DNA of 64,000 nucleotides, taken from NCBI GenBank assembly GCA_002104905.1, contig MCFE01000152.1:62001-126000 (forward strand), given 5' to 3'. The notes beneath the pieces are model-generated. The model did no database searches and was not told the DNA's origin. It worked only from the letters and a program-made list of their open reading frames with translations. Below, in pieces: positions 12,062 through 23,329 of this stretch; position 1 is the stretch's first letter, and every line of letters starts with the position of its first letter. The stretch is from Basidiobolus meristosporus CBS 931.73 (Eukaryota; Fungi; Basidiobolomycota). Both the position numbers and the translations under genes were made by a program.

Positions 12062-15000
12062 TGTTGTGCATCAACATTTAAAACTTTGCCAATTTTACTC
12101 CATTTGAAAATCTAGTACCCTAACTGATTTTCCCTAACCCAAACATAACAAATCCCAGTTACAGTTTATTTGATCCCACCTCAGAATCTATTTTTAGCTA
12201 TCACACCTGATCTATTTTCAAATGGTCATCACGTTATCAACCTATCTGCCAAGCCTTCCCAGGTGATCAGTCATCTGAGATCTATCCAACCACTGTGCAG
12301 TTGCCAAGACATCAGTTGATTGATGATGTAATTTTCATTTATCTTATGCACCTATGAACACCCAAATTGATTTCAATCAATCCAGTCCCTTGGCGCTTAC
12401 TAATTCAACTTGATCAGAAAAGTATAAATAAAGTGTACTGAGCCTTTTGGTTTAGTGTGTATCTCAACAAAATTAAGATTCTGTCTCAGCAAAAATAAGA
12501 ATCCAACAATTCCGTTCTAGTTTCTATCCAAGCCTAGTATATCTAGCACTCCAAAGAACACCAAGCCTAGCCTGCCTAGCAAACAAATATCATTGCCTTT
12601 ATAGCCAACCCAGCTATATCCAAGACCAATATTAGATCAGAATCTTTCCGCTAATATTTCCGCCACTCTCTGACAATTCTAAGATTCTGCACTTAATTGT
12701 CCCTTTGGTTCAGTTAAACCATTCAAGAGTTTTATTACACTTTCTCTTGGATACAACATTTTTTTTGTTGAATTCCATTACATTCAGCCAATTAGAAGAT
12801 GTCCTCAGCAGCAAGCAATCTAAACCTTTCCATGTTGGAAGAAGCCAGAAGAAATCAGGAAGAACTTACTGAACAGCTTGAAAACATCATGCTTGAAAGA
12901 AATACCATGATGATTGAGCACTCAAAACTTGCCAAAACAAGATCTGATAATCACTGTAGAGATGAACTCCTTGAAGTTATATCCGGTTACCAAGATGAAA
13001 TTGGAATAATTAAGGAAGCACTGGAGAATATTGCCATAGTAATTGACAGCATTGAAAATCCACCAAGCCTTGCTCTGCATCAGCCACCAAGAAGTCATGC
13101 CTTTGAATCCTCCAGATCTACATCTCCTTCTAGACCTGCCCCGGTGGTTGTCCCAAGATCCTTGCCTGTTTATGCTGAAGGCACCAATGCCATCAAGAAT
13201 CCAACTGAGTTTCTTTACAAGTTTAGTCACGTCTTAGCTGCACACCAGCTAGACCCTGACACCAACTGGGCTAGACTTCTGCCTCTCTGTCTCACAATGC
13301 AAGATGCTGACTGGGTTGAAGTGAACATTCCTTCCAATAGTACGTGGAAAATTGCCCAAAACCTCTTTTGCAGCCATTTTAAAGATCCTCTCAAGAAAGC
13401 ACATCTGAACTGCGACTTATGGAAAACTAAAATGCAAAAAGGTGAATCTGTGCAACACTTCTGTGATAGATTCCAAAGACAAGTGAGATTAGCTGGAGTT
13501 AGTGATGATAATCCATCGCTTACTGCTCATTTTCTTTCAAACTTTTCACACCAGCTACAGAGCAATATTGCCATTGTCAAAGCATGCAACCCTGCATGTA
13601 CCTATGACCAGATCTCAGAGATATGTACACTGGCAATCACCTTGACTGCAGCTATTAGCCAGACTTCAGGCAGCTCAACCCAATATCCCACAACAGCCAG
13701 AAAAGAGACCAGTCATGTGACCAAGAAGCAGTCAACCGCTACTAAGCACTGTGAGCTTCATGGAAAATGCTATCATTCTACCAGTGAATGCAAAGGCATC
13801 ACCAAGCAGTCAAACAAGTCAGGAAACACCGCAGAAAAGCAGCAAAACACCAAAACTGATAATCCATATGCTGATGACAAGTGCTTTAAATGTGGAAATA
13901 GGGGACATAGATCACCTGCCTGTCCTGAGAAGAACTCCACACCATCAGCCAAAATTACCCAGATCCTTGATGATCATTCAGCCAATGATACAATGGGGTA
14001 TGAAGAAGTATATGAAGAACTTACAGTTCAAGATTATCACAACCTCTTTGAGTTTCCGGCTAAAATTGCAACTGTCCAAGAAAAGAAGCAACCAATCACA
14101 CAGCTCAAAGCCATAGAAGTGCCACTCACCCTCAATGGCCAATCATACGTTGCACTACTGGATACTGGATCATCCAACTCTATTGTATCACCCAATGTAG
14201 TCAGAGAACTCAATTTGGAGATAGAAAAACGACCAGGAAAAATCATTCTTGCAGCTAAGGATCTCTCAGCCCCAAGAATTGGCATTACCAACCCAATCAA
14301 CATACATTGTGGCTCAGTAACCATAATCCATCAGATGGAAGTGATTGACATACCAGATGGACCTCAGGTAGTCATTGGTCTGGACACCTTCACCAAACTT
14401 GGCTTTCACATAGGCAGACTACTGGTTTCCTATCCAGGAATCACTAAATCTCAGCCACTCATAATGGATCAAATCCCAGAGATTATCTCATCCCAACCGG
14501 AAGAAGAAGAGTTAACCCCAGCTTTTCAAGAATATTCTCAATCAGTCAAATTAGATATTCAGCCAGCCATATAGAGAAATCAGGCCATTCCAAGGAACAG
14601 CTTCTGCACCATCCCAGAATCCATTGTTACACTAGAGACCCCACCTGGTGAGTCAACATGGAGGAGGCAATACCCAATTCTGCATTCATGTCAACACTTA
14701 GTTGATGAGATAGTCCAAAAATGGGCTGACAATGGAATTATCACTCAAGCCCCTGTCAACACAACATTCAACAGCCCTTTGACGCTTGCACCAAAGAAAG
14801 ATGCTGATGGAAATCTAACCCTGAAGAGACCCTGTTTGGACCCCAGACCTCTGAACAAGCTTCTCCAAGATGACAAGTTTCCAATTCCAAGAATCCAAGA
14901 TATCTTTTCCGCACTATCAGGAGCAATAGTATTCTCCAAGTTGGACTTGAAGGATGCATATCACCGATTCCAGATCCATCCTGATCATCAGCATAAGACT

Positions 15001-17980
15001 GCCTTTACTTGGAATAATATGCAATGGATGTTTCAGGGAGCTCCCTTTGGCCTAAAGACACTTACCAGCAAGTTTCAGAGAGTCATGACTATAATACTCA
15101 AGAATGCACCATATGCATTGGTATTTGTTGATGATGTCATCATATTCTCCACTAACCGTGATGATCATGCAACCCATGTCACTGATGTAATCAACAGACT
15201 GACAACTGCTGGACTGATTCTCAATGCTGAAAAGTGCAGTTTTGCCCACCTCAAAATCAATCTACTTGGATTTATAGTGACACCAGCTGGCCACCAATTA
15301 GATCCTTTCAAACTGGTCAATATCCCAGAATGGCCAAAACCCACTAGCGCCAAGCAACTTCAACATTATCTTGGAGTATTCATCTATTTTAGGGAACACA
15401 TACCACTCATGTCCTCATTGAGTGCCCCATTAGATGCATTACGCCATAGCCCTGATCTCACCTCAGCCTGGAACAAGACTCATGACCAAGCCTTTGAGTC
15501 ACTCTGCCAACTGCTTCCACAAGCACCCACCTTTTCCTACCCAGACTTTACTAAGCCCTTTGTTGTTGCTACAGATGCATCTAATGTTGGGTTAGGGGCA
15601 GTCCTCTATCAAGATGAAGACCAAAATCCGCCTCACTGGATCTCTTTCCAAGCCAGGTCCCTACAACCTGCTGAGAGAAACTACTCTGCTACCAAGAAGG
15701 AGCTACTTGCCATAGTCTTTGCCTTGAAGAAGTTTCATCAGTATCTATGGGGTAATCCTTTTACCTTGTACACTGACCATCAAGCCCTTGTCTATATCCA
15801 CACTCAGAAGACTCTGACTCCAATGCTTACCAACTGGCTTGATACTCTACTTGATTATGAATATACAGTTATTCATTGCCCAGGAATTCTCAACATCCTT
15901 CCTGACCACCTGTCAAGACTTTTTCCAACTTCACCTTGGGAGGGACATGTGATTACTGATGTAATCAGTAAACTCTCTACAACTTCCAAAATAATTCCTC
16001 AACTGGATTCAGCAACTTAGAAAATCCCACCTGAAGAACAAAGGAAAACATTGATACAGAGGAGTCATTTACTTGGCCACTTTGGAGCTGACACACTTAT
16101 GAAGAAGCTACACTCTGATGGATATCACTGGCCAAATATCAAAGTTGACTGCTTAGAATTTGTCAAGTTGTGCAGAGAATGTCAACTTTACAATATCAGC
16201 CGCCATGGATTTCACCCTTTGAGCCCCATCCATGCAAGCCTTCCTATGGATCATATTGCAATTGATCTGGCTGGACCTTTCACCACTAGTGATGATGGTA
16301 ATCACTACCTCTTTGTAATTGTGGATGTCTGCACACGTTTTGTCTTCCTCAAAGCCATCCCAGACAAGTATGCGGCCACTATTGCACAAGAACTATTCAA
16401 GCTCTTCTGCCTTTTTGGATTCCCTAAGGTCATTTAATCGGATAATGGAACAGAATTTGTGAATCACGTGATCAAAGCCCTTTGCCAGAATAGCGCCATT
16501 GATCATTGTCTGATCACTCCATATCATCCCAAAGCTAATGGACTGGCTGAAAGACATGTTCAGACCTCAGTGAACATCATCAGGAAATCTATCAAAGGTA
16601 TCAAGAAGAATTGGGACAAGTACATTCCGACTGTACAGTATGCTATCAACACCAAAATTGCCACTCTACATGGATCAACCCCATTTTCCTTGATGTTTGG
16701 AAGAAGATACAACCACTTTGGAGACTACCAGAATACAGAGTTAGCAAGTTTGAATACAGATAAGCTAAAGAACCGGCTTGAGTACCTTACCAACATTGTC
16801 TACCCTGCTATCAGTGCCAGAAGTAAGGCCTCTCAGCAAAAGATGACTTCAACATACGCCTCAAGACACAGGAACAGCAGCTTCCCAGATGGGTCATATG
16901 TCATGACACTAGATCCAATCCGGCAATCTAAGCTTGACCTCAAGTATGAAGGACCATTCAAGGTTGTCAGACGCACTACTGGAGGATCTTATGTACTTCA
17001 AGATAACACTGGAGCACTGCTACCCAAGAACTTTCCACCTTCCTCACTCAAACTTATTTCTCAAGACCCAGTAACTTTGGAATCCTATGAAGTTGAAGCT
17101 ATTTTGGACCATGATGGAGAAGAACCAAATTGCCTTTATTTAGTCAAGTGGAAAGGCTATGATGCCAAACACAACACCTGGGAACCTTACACCAACTTTG
17201 ATGATGTTGCCATTATCAATCAGTATTGGAGCCGCAGAGGAACCCAGAAGGTATCAAAAAACTCCTCTTCCAGAAGGAAGTGATGTTGTGCATCAACATT
17301 TAAAACTTTGCCAATTTTACTCCGTTTGAAAATCTAGTACCCTAACTGATTTTCCCTAACCCAAACAAAACAAATCCCAGTTACAGTTTATTTGATCCCA
17401 CCTCAGAATCTATTTTTAGCTATCACACCTGATCTATTTTCAAATGGTCATCACGTTATCAACCTATCTGCCAAGCCTTCCCAGGTGATCAGTCATCTGA
17501 GATCTATCCAACCACTATGCAGTTGCCAAGACATCAGTTGATTGGTGATGTAATTTTCATTTATCTTATGCACCTATGAACACCCAAATTGATTTCAATC
17601 AATCCAGTCCCTTGGCGCTTACTAATTCAACTTGATCAGAAAAGTATAAATAAAGTGTACTGAACCTTTTGGTTTAGTGTGTATCTCAACAAAATTAAGA
17701 TTCTGTCTCAGCAAAAATAAGAATCCAACAATTCCGTTCTAGTTTCTATCCAAGCCTAGTATATCTAGCACTCCAAAGAACACCAAGCCTAGCCTGCCTA
17801 GCAAACAAATATCATTGCCTTTATAGCCAACCCAGCTATATCCAAGACCAATATTAGATCAGAATCTTTCTGCTAATATTTCCGCCACTCTCTGACAATT
17901 CTAAGATTCTGCACTTAATTGTCCCTTTGGTTCAGTTAAACCATTCAAGAGTTTTATTACACTTTCTCTTGGATACAACA
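12062..17980 (+). mobile_element. Full-length, recently inserted Ty3/gypsy chromovirus
   Basis: 697-bp LTRs (12062-12758, 17284-17980; TGTTG...CAACA) with 6 differences counted by eye, TSD ATACT, and PPT AGAAGGAAG. Confidence 0.97.
12799..17283 (+). pseudogene. Chromovirus single-frame gag-pol (CCHC, PR, RT, RH, INT, chromodomain) with three in-frame stops
   Basis: ORFs 12799, 14779, 16051 and 16459 share one frame, with stops at 14572, 16018 and 16435. Motifs: CFKCGNRGHRSPAC, LLDTGS, FVDD, ATDAS, HIAIDLAGP, SDNGTEF and YEVEAILDH...YLVKWKGY...TWEP. Confidence 0.95.
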
Positions 17981-18474
17981 ATACTTTTTTTACTGTTTAA
18001 GTGATTACCCATCATGGTGTTCCAGAAGGTTTCAATAGAAATCTTAATGACATCAGAATGACATTGGAATGACATCAGAATGACCTAAAAACTTCTAAGT
18101 ATGTTCTGGAAGGTTCTAAGAGGCTCAGCATATCCAGCCAATCAGGAATCAGTATTTTGAAACCTGTGTAACATAGTGATACCTTGTTTGGTATGAAAAT
18201 GGTAGGAATGGTGACACAAGTTGATCATGTGTAACTGGTACTGGCGCAGGCACTTGCCTAATATAGAAGCCCTGACAGTTGGTAATCTTACATAGAGTGA
18301 GGGATAACTTATGGAACAAGGTAAGCAGGAGTGATAGTCAACCAGCTTATGGGATAGTACTGATCAGGTAAGACAAATGAGATAAAACTAAAATAAGTGT
18401 AGTAGAGATATAGGGAAGTTGAAAATATAGGAATGAGCACATCTGTCAATGGGTGTCACTGTGACCCCACTACA

Positions 18475-19830
18475 ACAGAGCCTCTACTACAGGTTCCTTT
18501 GCCTCCTCTCTAGAATCATTATGTCAACGCTTCTTCTGCCATACTTTGACTGTTCTGACTGGAGGGCTTAAATCAACTGAGTCCTGTTGGCCACCTGGCA
18601 AGGGACTCTGTCTTTTGATGCCTTCTTCTCTTTTGTGTCTAATACAGGTTCTTGTTTGTACCATTTTTCACATTTGTGGGCTTGGTGGCCCACTTCTACA
18701 CATACATAACATGGGTACTGTTGTTGCAGTTGTTCCATCTGTTGGGTCAGGGCTTGTACCTGGGCCTTTAAATCTACAACAGCTTCCCAGAGTTTATCAC
18801 CTTCTTTGGGGAATTCTTGGACATTGTTGATTGAGAGTTCTTGGACCTTTCACCATAATTTGTCATGATCACATGACAACCATGAACACCCATGCCAAGT
18901 TTCAGCTTCCTAGCTCAATTTCTAAGAGATTCCTTCTGGAACCTTCTACCACCTTCCAGAAATTTCCTGACCATTCCAAACCCTTGTTACACAATGGAAC
19001 ATTCCATGGGAGCTTCCCATCATATTTTTCATAGTCCAGTACCATATATGGAAATACCAGGTCACATGACTTAGTCACATGATCAGGTGACCTAATCCAT
19101 TTCCCCATCCCGTCTCAGTGCCTTGCCTTCTATATTATTATCCCCAGCACATTGTTGTGCCTCACCACACAACCCCATTAGTATTAGCCAATATCTCTCA
19201 GCATCAGTATAATCAAAAAGTATATATAGTCCTATCCCCCCTTAAGTATTCCTCAGTCTGATAAACACAGGTCTTGAATAAACAGCCTTGCCTTGGAAAT
19301 CTGCCTTGCCTTGTTGATCCACACCTAAGTCCTTTCCTGGTCCTGCCTTGCCTAGCTCTACTCTCCTGCCTTGTGTCTATTCATTACATAATTCCTCTAA
19401 CTCTCGGTCTTTTGGTGAGGCAACTTTTCCTTTCTTACAGGGGATCCCTGTCCTTTGATCATTTGTATCACTATATGGTAGCCCCCATAGCAAGATGACC
19501 CCTTGTACTTGTTTGACCAACTCTTGCAACATTTTACATCCCTGTTGTTCTTTGGATGCCCTACATCTTATTTGGTCATCTAAGCCCATGATGTAATATC
19601 TTATGTGCTGTTGTTTGGCAATTTTGTCCTTTGGGAGACATCAAACTTGTTGGAGAAACAGTTCAGTGTATACTTCATAGCACTCACTACTTTTCTTCCA
19701 TGAGGACAGTAGAAGGGCTTACTTTCTTATTGTTGTCCCATCCTGCATCAACTGCAACTCTCCCAAACTTATCAAACCTCTCAAGGGCTTTCTCTCTCTT
19801 TCACTTGTACGTTTTTAGTTTTATTGTAGT
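18475..19830 (-). pseudogene. Ty3-A gag remnant, interrupted by solo LTR 18861-19388
   Basis: Retrotransposon gag-like text (YIMGLDDQIR) and a CCHC knuckle. The reading frame rejoins across the TAATT TSD. Confidence 0.75.
18861..19388 (+). mobile_element. Solo LTR (528 bp, TGTCA...TTACA) of a third family, TSD TAATT
   Basis: TAATT at 18856-18860 and 19389-19393. Contains a TATA-like TATATATAG and an AATAAA. Confidence 0.85.
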
Positions 19831-19877
19831 AGTCATTACCTCACATGTGCTTATTTCTGCAGAGATGGCACCAAATA

Positions 19878-20253
19878 TGTGGGTTATTACTGACTGTACT
19901 TTGTGAGTGGGAGAACTTGTAGGTTGAGTCAGTACAACTTGGTTCAGAACAGCTTCTAATAGAAGGTAGCAAGGTAATAAAGACCTGTGTCTATTCCATC
20001 CAAATCCTCTTCTCCTTTTACTTGGTTCAATTGGATAGGTATATATATATTACTTGGGGGGCTTAGATAATAAACAATGCGTTATAAATTGGAGTGTGAA
20101 CACATTCCTGTTATGGTAAGTGTTCTTACTAGATTAGGGCAGGGATAGGAGGGAGGGTATATGGAGGAATCATAGGGAGGATACTGGGGGAATTGGGTAG
20201 GACTCTGGGGAGAACTCCTGGGCAAAGAGTGGGTACCACATTTAGTACTCACA
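19878..20253 (-). repeat. Ty3-A 5' LTR
   Basis: Direct repeat of 5293-5670, followed on the minus strand by PBS TGGTGCC. Confidence 0.9.
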
Positions 20254-20822
20254 ATACCATCCATTGTGCTCTGAAAAGCCAGCAATCTTGCTGATGGCTG
20301 GGGTACCTCCAATGCAGATCATAATATGCGCTTTGAAATGATGGCCATTGAGTAGTATCCTACTGTAAAGCATACAAAATTCATCAGCAATGTGTACAAG
20401 TAGCTGTCCAGGTTGGATGTTGATTTAGGCCCAGATACCAGTGAAACCACCATCAGATTTTTGCTCTGCTAATGTAAGATAAGTGGCAAATTAAGGTTGA
20501 CAAGAGTTAGTGACCAACTGGATTTGCTGCTAAAGTACTTGCTTAGTGAGAATCCATCAGGTGCCAAGGCAGAGGCATGGTCATACATACCTTCAAGTAG
20601 CCCTTGTTTCTTAGGTGCTTGTAATGATTGCCATCAAATAGACTTGTTTTGTTGGATAGTGCCACATAGTGCCAGCCTGTTTATGGTGCCGGATTGATCT
20701 GGCACTCTACGGCACTATCTGGCACTATAATTTCTACCATGATGCTAGTGGTATGATACAGTTACTTGTAATTTTACTCAATCTTACTTATGTTGCTCAG
20801 AATAGTGCTTTCCTTGCATTAT

Positions 20823-21707
20823 TTACCCATCATAATGCTCCAGACACATTTCTCTCAGTGGATGTCTTCTTGTATGAACATACTGTGCATTAATAAGTAT
20901 CTTAACTATTTTACCTATTCTGCTGTTTTTACCTATATATGACTTTCCTCTGTATTTACCTGCCAATATGCTGAATCTCTTCAGATATCCAAATGTATGC
21001 TCTACCCTTACTCTGAAATGATTAAATATCTCATTGTAAAGCTTTGGCTGCCTGCTAAGCACACCATTCATTGGCTTCCTATAAGCTGTAATATATCCTA
21101 ATCTCTGACAATCCTCTCCTATATAGGCTAAGTCTGCCATACATTTCTCCCCTCTACTGAATTCAGGATGATTCTCTACCCAGACTGCTTTGTCATGCCT
21201 ACTTCCAGCAAATGGCCCACTAAACCAGATGATGTTACCCTCAATGTCAGAGAGTGCTTGAAACTTCACACAGTGTGCCTTGTACTTGCCAGAATAAAAG
21301 TGCCTCTGCCCTCTAGGAGGTCTGTTAATCCTCACTGGAAAGGTATCCAAAATACTCCTGATATGGAACCTGTTGCTGAACACTCTGGGATATGGAAGTC
21401 TATTGGAGCTTCTGAACCTAGTATTCCAAGCTTGCTCTAAGTCATTCATACCCTCTGCAAGGTGGTTCTCCATTGCTGTCAGCTGGGAATGAAAGCTTCT
21501 AGGACTTTTGTTGCCATGGATGGTGGGATGAAACCTTGTAGGGCAATAGTTCTTGTAATAGCAGAGAAGCTTAACAAGAGATCTCCTTGAGTAGATTGGG
21601 GTTGATGGTCCACAGTACTTGGAATAGATCCCTTCTAGTGTGTCAAAAGGAAATCTAGTGGTAGTGATGGGATTGATGAGAAAAGACCATTCAGATGAGT
21701 AAGTCAT
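20823..21707 (-). CDS. DDE_Tnp_4 / IS5-like transposase, 294 aa, uninterrupted
   Basis: Motifs LDTF..I.RP, YSGKYKAH.VKFQ, GSRHD, ADLAY.G and RVRVEHTFGYLKRFSIL, with the D-D-E triad present. Confidence 0.92.
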   Translation of the reverse strand: MTYSSEWSFLINPITTTRFPFDTLEGIYSKYCGPSTPIYSRRSLVKLLCYYKNYCPTRFHPTIHGNKSPRSFHSQLTAMENHLAEGMNDLEQAWNTRFRSSNRLPYPRVFSNRFHIRSILDTFPVRINRPPRGQRHFYSGKYKAHCVKFQALSDIEGNIIWFSGPFAGSRHDKAVWVENHPEFSRGEKCMADLAYIGEDCQRLGYITAYRKPMNGVLSRQPKLYNEIFNHFRVRVEHTFGYLKRFSILAGKYRGKSYIGKNSRIGKIVKILINAQYVHTRRHPLREMCLEHYDG

Positions 21708-22066
21708 ATTAAAATTGATGGATGATTGTATGGAATTGGTTTGAATTGATTCAGCACAATCCGCGTTATTTATCTGATTTTTAATACATTATGGTTAAAT
21801 CTCCATCAATTGCCATGTATCCCATCATTATGTTGCAAAAATCATCCGCAAACAATGCCTTGGTACTTTTATTAATACATTAATCATAGGTCTATAATCA
21901 AATAGGAAATCTGCGATTGATGTGATCTGATCTGTGTCAACGTGATCCAAGATGCATCATGCATAATATATGGAAAATTCAACAATCACATTAGTTTTCA
22001 TATATATTTGATATAAGACCAGGTTGATGCCAATATACCGCTGTATAAGTATCCAAATCCATTGCT

Positions 22067-23329
22067 ATGGTCCCCATACCAAGCCTCAACTCATCTTTAG
22101 TACAACCCAGACAAAACCCATCCCCCAGCTCACAGGCGCGGTCCGGACCAGAGAAGTCAATGTTGGATCTGTTTGAGTTCTTGCCAAATTATTTTAGTAT
22201 GGCCCAAGTGTCTATGATGAGCCTTCATACAGATATTTGGGCACTACTGATTAATCTAGCAGAACTAGATACCTCAGAGAGTCAACAAAGATGGAAGAAT
22301 TTGAGTAGAAAGCTGTGGCATGAGTTCTACATCAAGATGCCAGCTGATGTATGTAAAAAGATATATAACAAGACAAGTATTGAAATCAAGAATGAGCTGA
22401 GAGTGAGGGGATTTGACAAAGAAGCCGCACAGGAACAATTTTGCACGCAATTTGCACAGTACAGGCTGGATGCGTCCGTTTGTGCCTCAACTTTGGGAAC
22501 CAAAGAGATTTTGTATGAGTTTTTGCCTCAAATGACTAATGTACAATGTGATATATTAGTAGAGCTGAGTGGCTTCCAAGAGCAATATATACAGGACTCA
22601 TCCAGGCAACAGCTCCAAAGTATCAGACAGAGGGTAAGTGAATACCTTGAGGAATCAGATGGTGAGCTTCAGGAGGAAGAATACAGACCGCGAGCAACAT
22701 TGTCCAGATTGCGCCAGCACGCCTTGCTGGATTCCCTACCATCTCTTGCAGCCACAGCACGCCGGCACACATCAGTCCAGACCACGCCAACACCCTTTAC
22801 CAGAACGCCCTGCGTTGAGTCAATGCGCATTGAGTCAACAAATGTTGGGTCAACATGCGCGCTTCAGAGCAAAACTACAAGAACTTGCCAAACTGCTCAT
22901 TTAGACACAAGTCCATTGGAGCAGACCAAGCCGCGTCAACATGCAGCATCACATTGAACTCAGCCAAGGGCCATCTCAACGCATCAAGGCGTGCCTGCGC
23001 GTGCTGTTTTGCCTGACCATCAGCAAGTTACTTCTGGTGAACTGACTGATGATGACCAACATGAAGTGCCTCAACCACCAAAGCCCTTGGCAAGTAAATG
23101 AACACGTTAGCGCGTGGCACTACAGGCCGGTTCAGTTAGTTCAGTCAGAGCAATTCAGTGCGGCCAAGCTGCAGCATTGCACTCATCAACTAGGAGGCAA
23201 AATACTGACTACAAATACACAAGTAGCCAAGATAATAGTCATCCAGGAAGTAGTATAGGTGTGCAAAGTGAGTCACTACCAAATGCTCCAGTAGTAATCC
23301 CTGTGAGAAAAAAACCCAGGAGAAGATGA
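22067..23329 (+). pseudogene. Partner ORF of the IS5/PHIS-like element (~420 codons, 3 premature stops), unknown function
   Basis: ORFs 22067..22957 and 23114..23329 share a frame, separated by TGA, TGA and TAG. It contains a SAP-like segment (TSIEIKNELRVRGF) and a C-terminal basic RKKPRRR. Confidence 0.65.

Larger units (their letters stand above)
11599..18474 (-). mobile_element. LTR (~950 bp net) related to 8411-9213, inverted, interrupted by the chromovirus
   Basis: Termini are TGTGATGGGG...CCCCACTACA. Segments ~11900-12061 and 17986-18474 are reverse-complement homologous to 8411-9213. No TSD was found, so the left boundary is approximate. Confidence 0.65.
5293..20253 (-). mobile_element. 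Ty3/gypsy LTR retrotransposon A (~6.7 kb once nested insertions are removed)
   Basis: LTRs at 5293-5670 and 19878-20253 (TGTGGG...CTCACA), 5-bp TSD ATACC on both sides, and a TGG-type PBS (TGGTGCC) after the 5' LTR on the minus strand. Contains gag with CCHC (CYVCVEVGHQAHKC), protease, RT (LDLISGYWQ, YLDNI), RNase H and integrase (GIDFVGP, YHPQTN). Confidence 0.92.

Noticed and set aside
14572-14574. Programmed stop-codon readthrough in the chromovirus
   Set aside because: The TAG lies after the protease rather than at the gag/pol border, and two more stops occur, one in the conserved (Q)SDNG motif. Mutation is the simpler explanation.
18047-18086. AATGACAT(C/T)(A/G)G 11-bp repeats and the palindrome at 18861-18878
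   Set aside because: These are ordinary internal LTR (U3) repeats.
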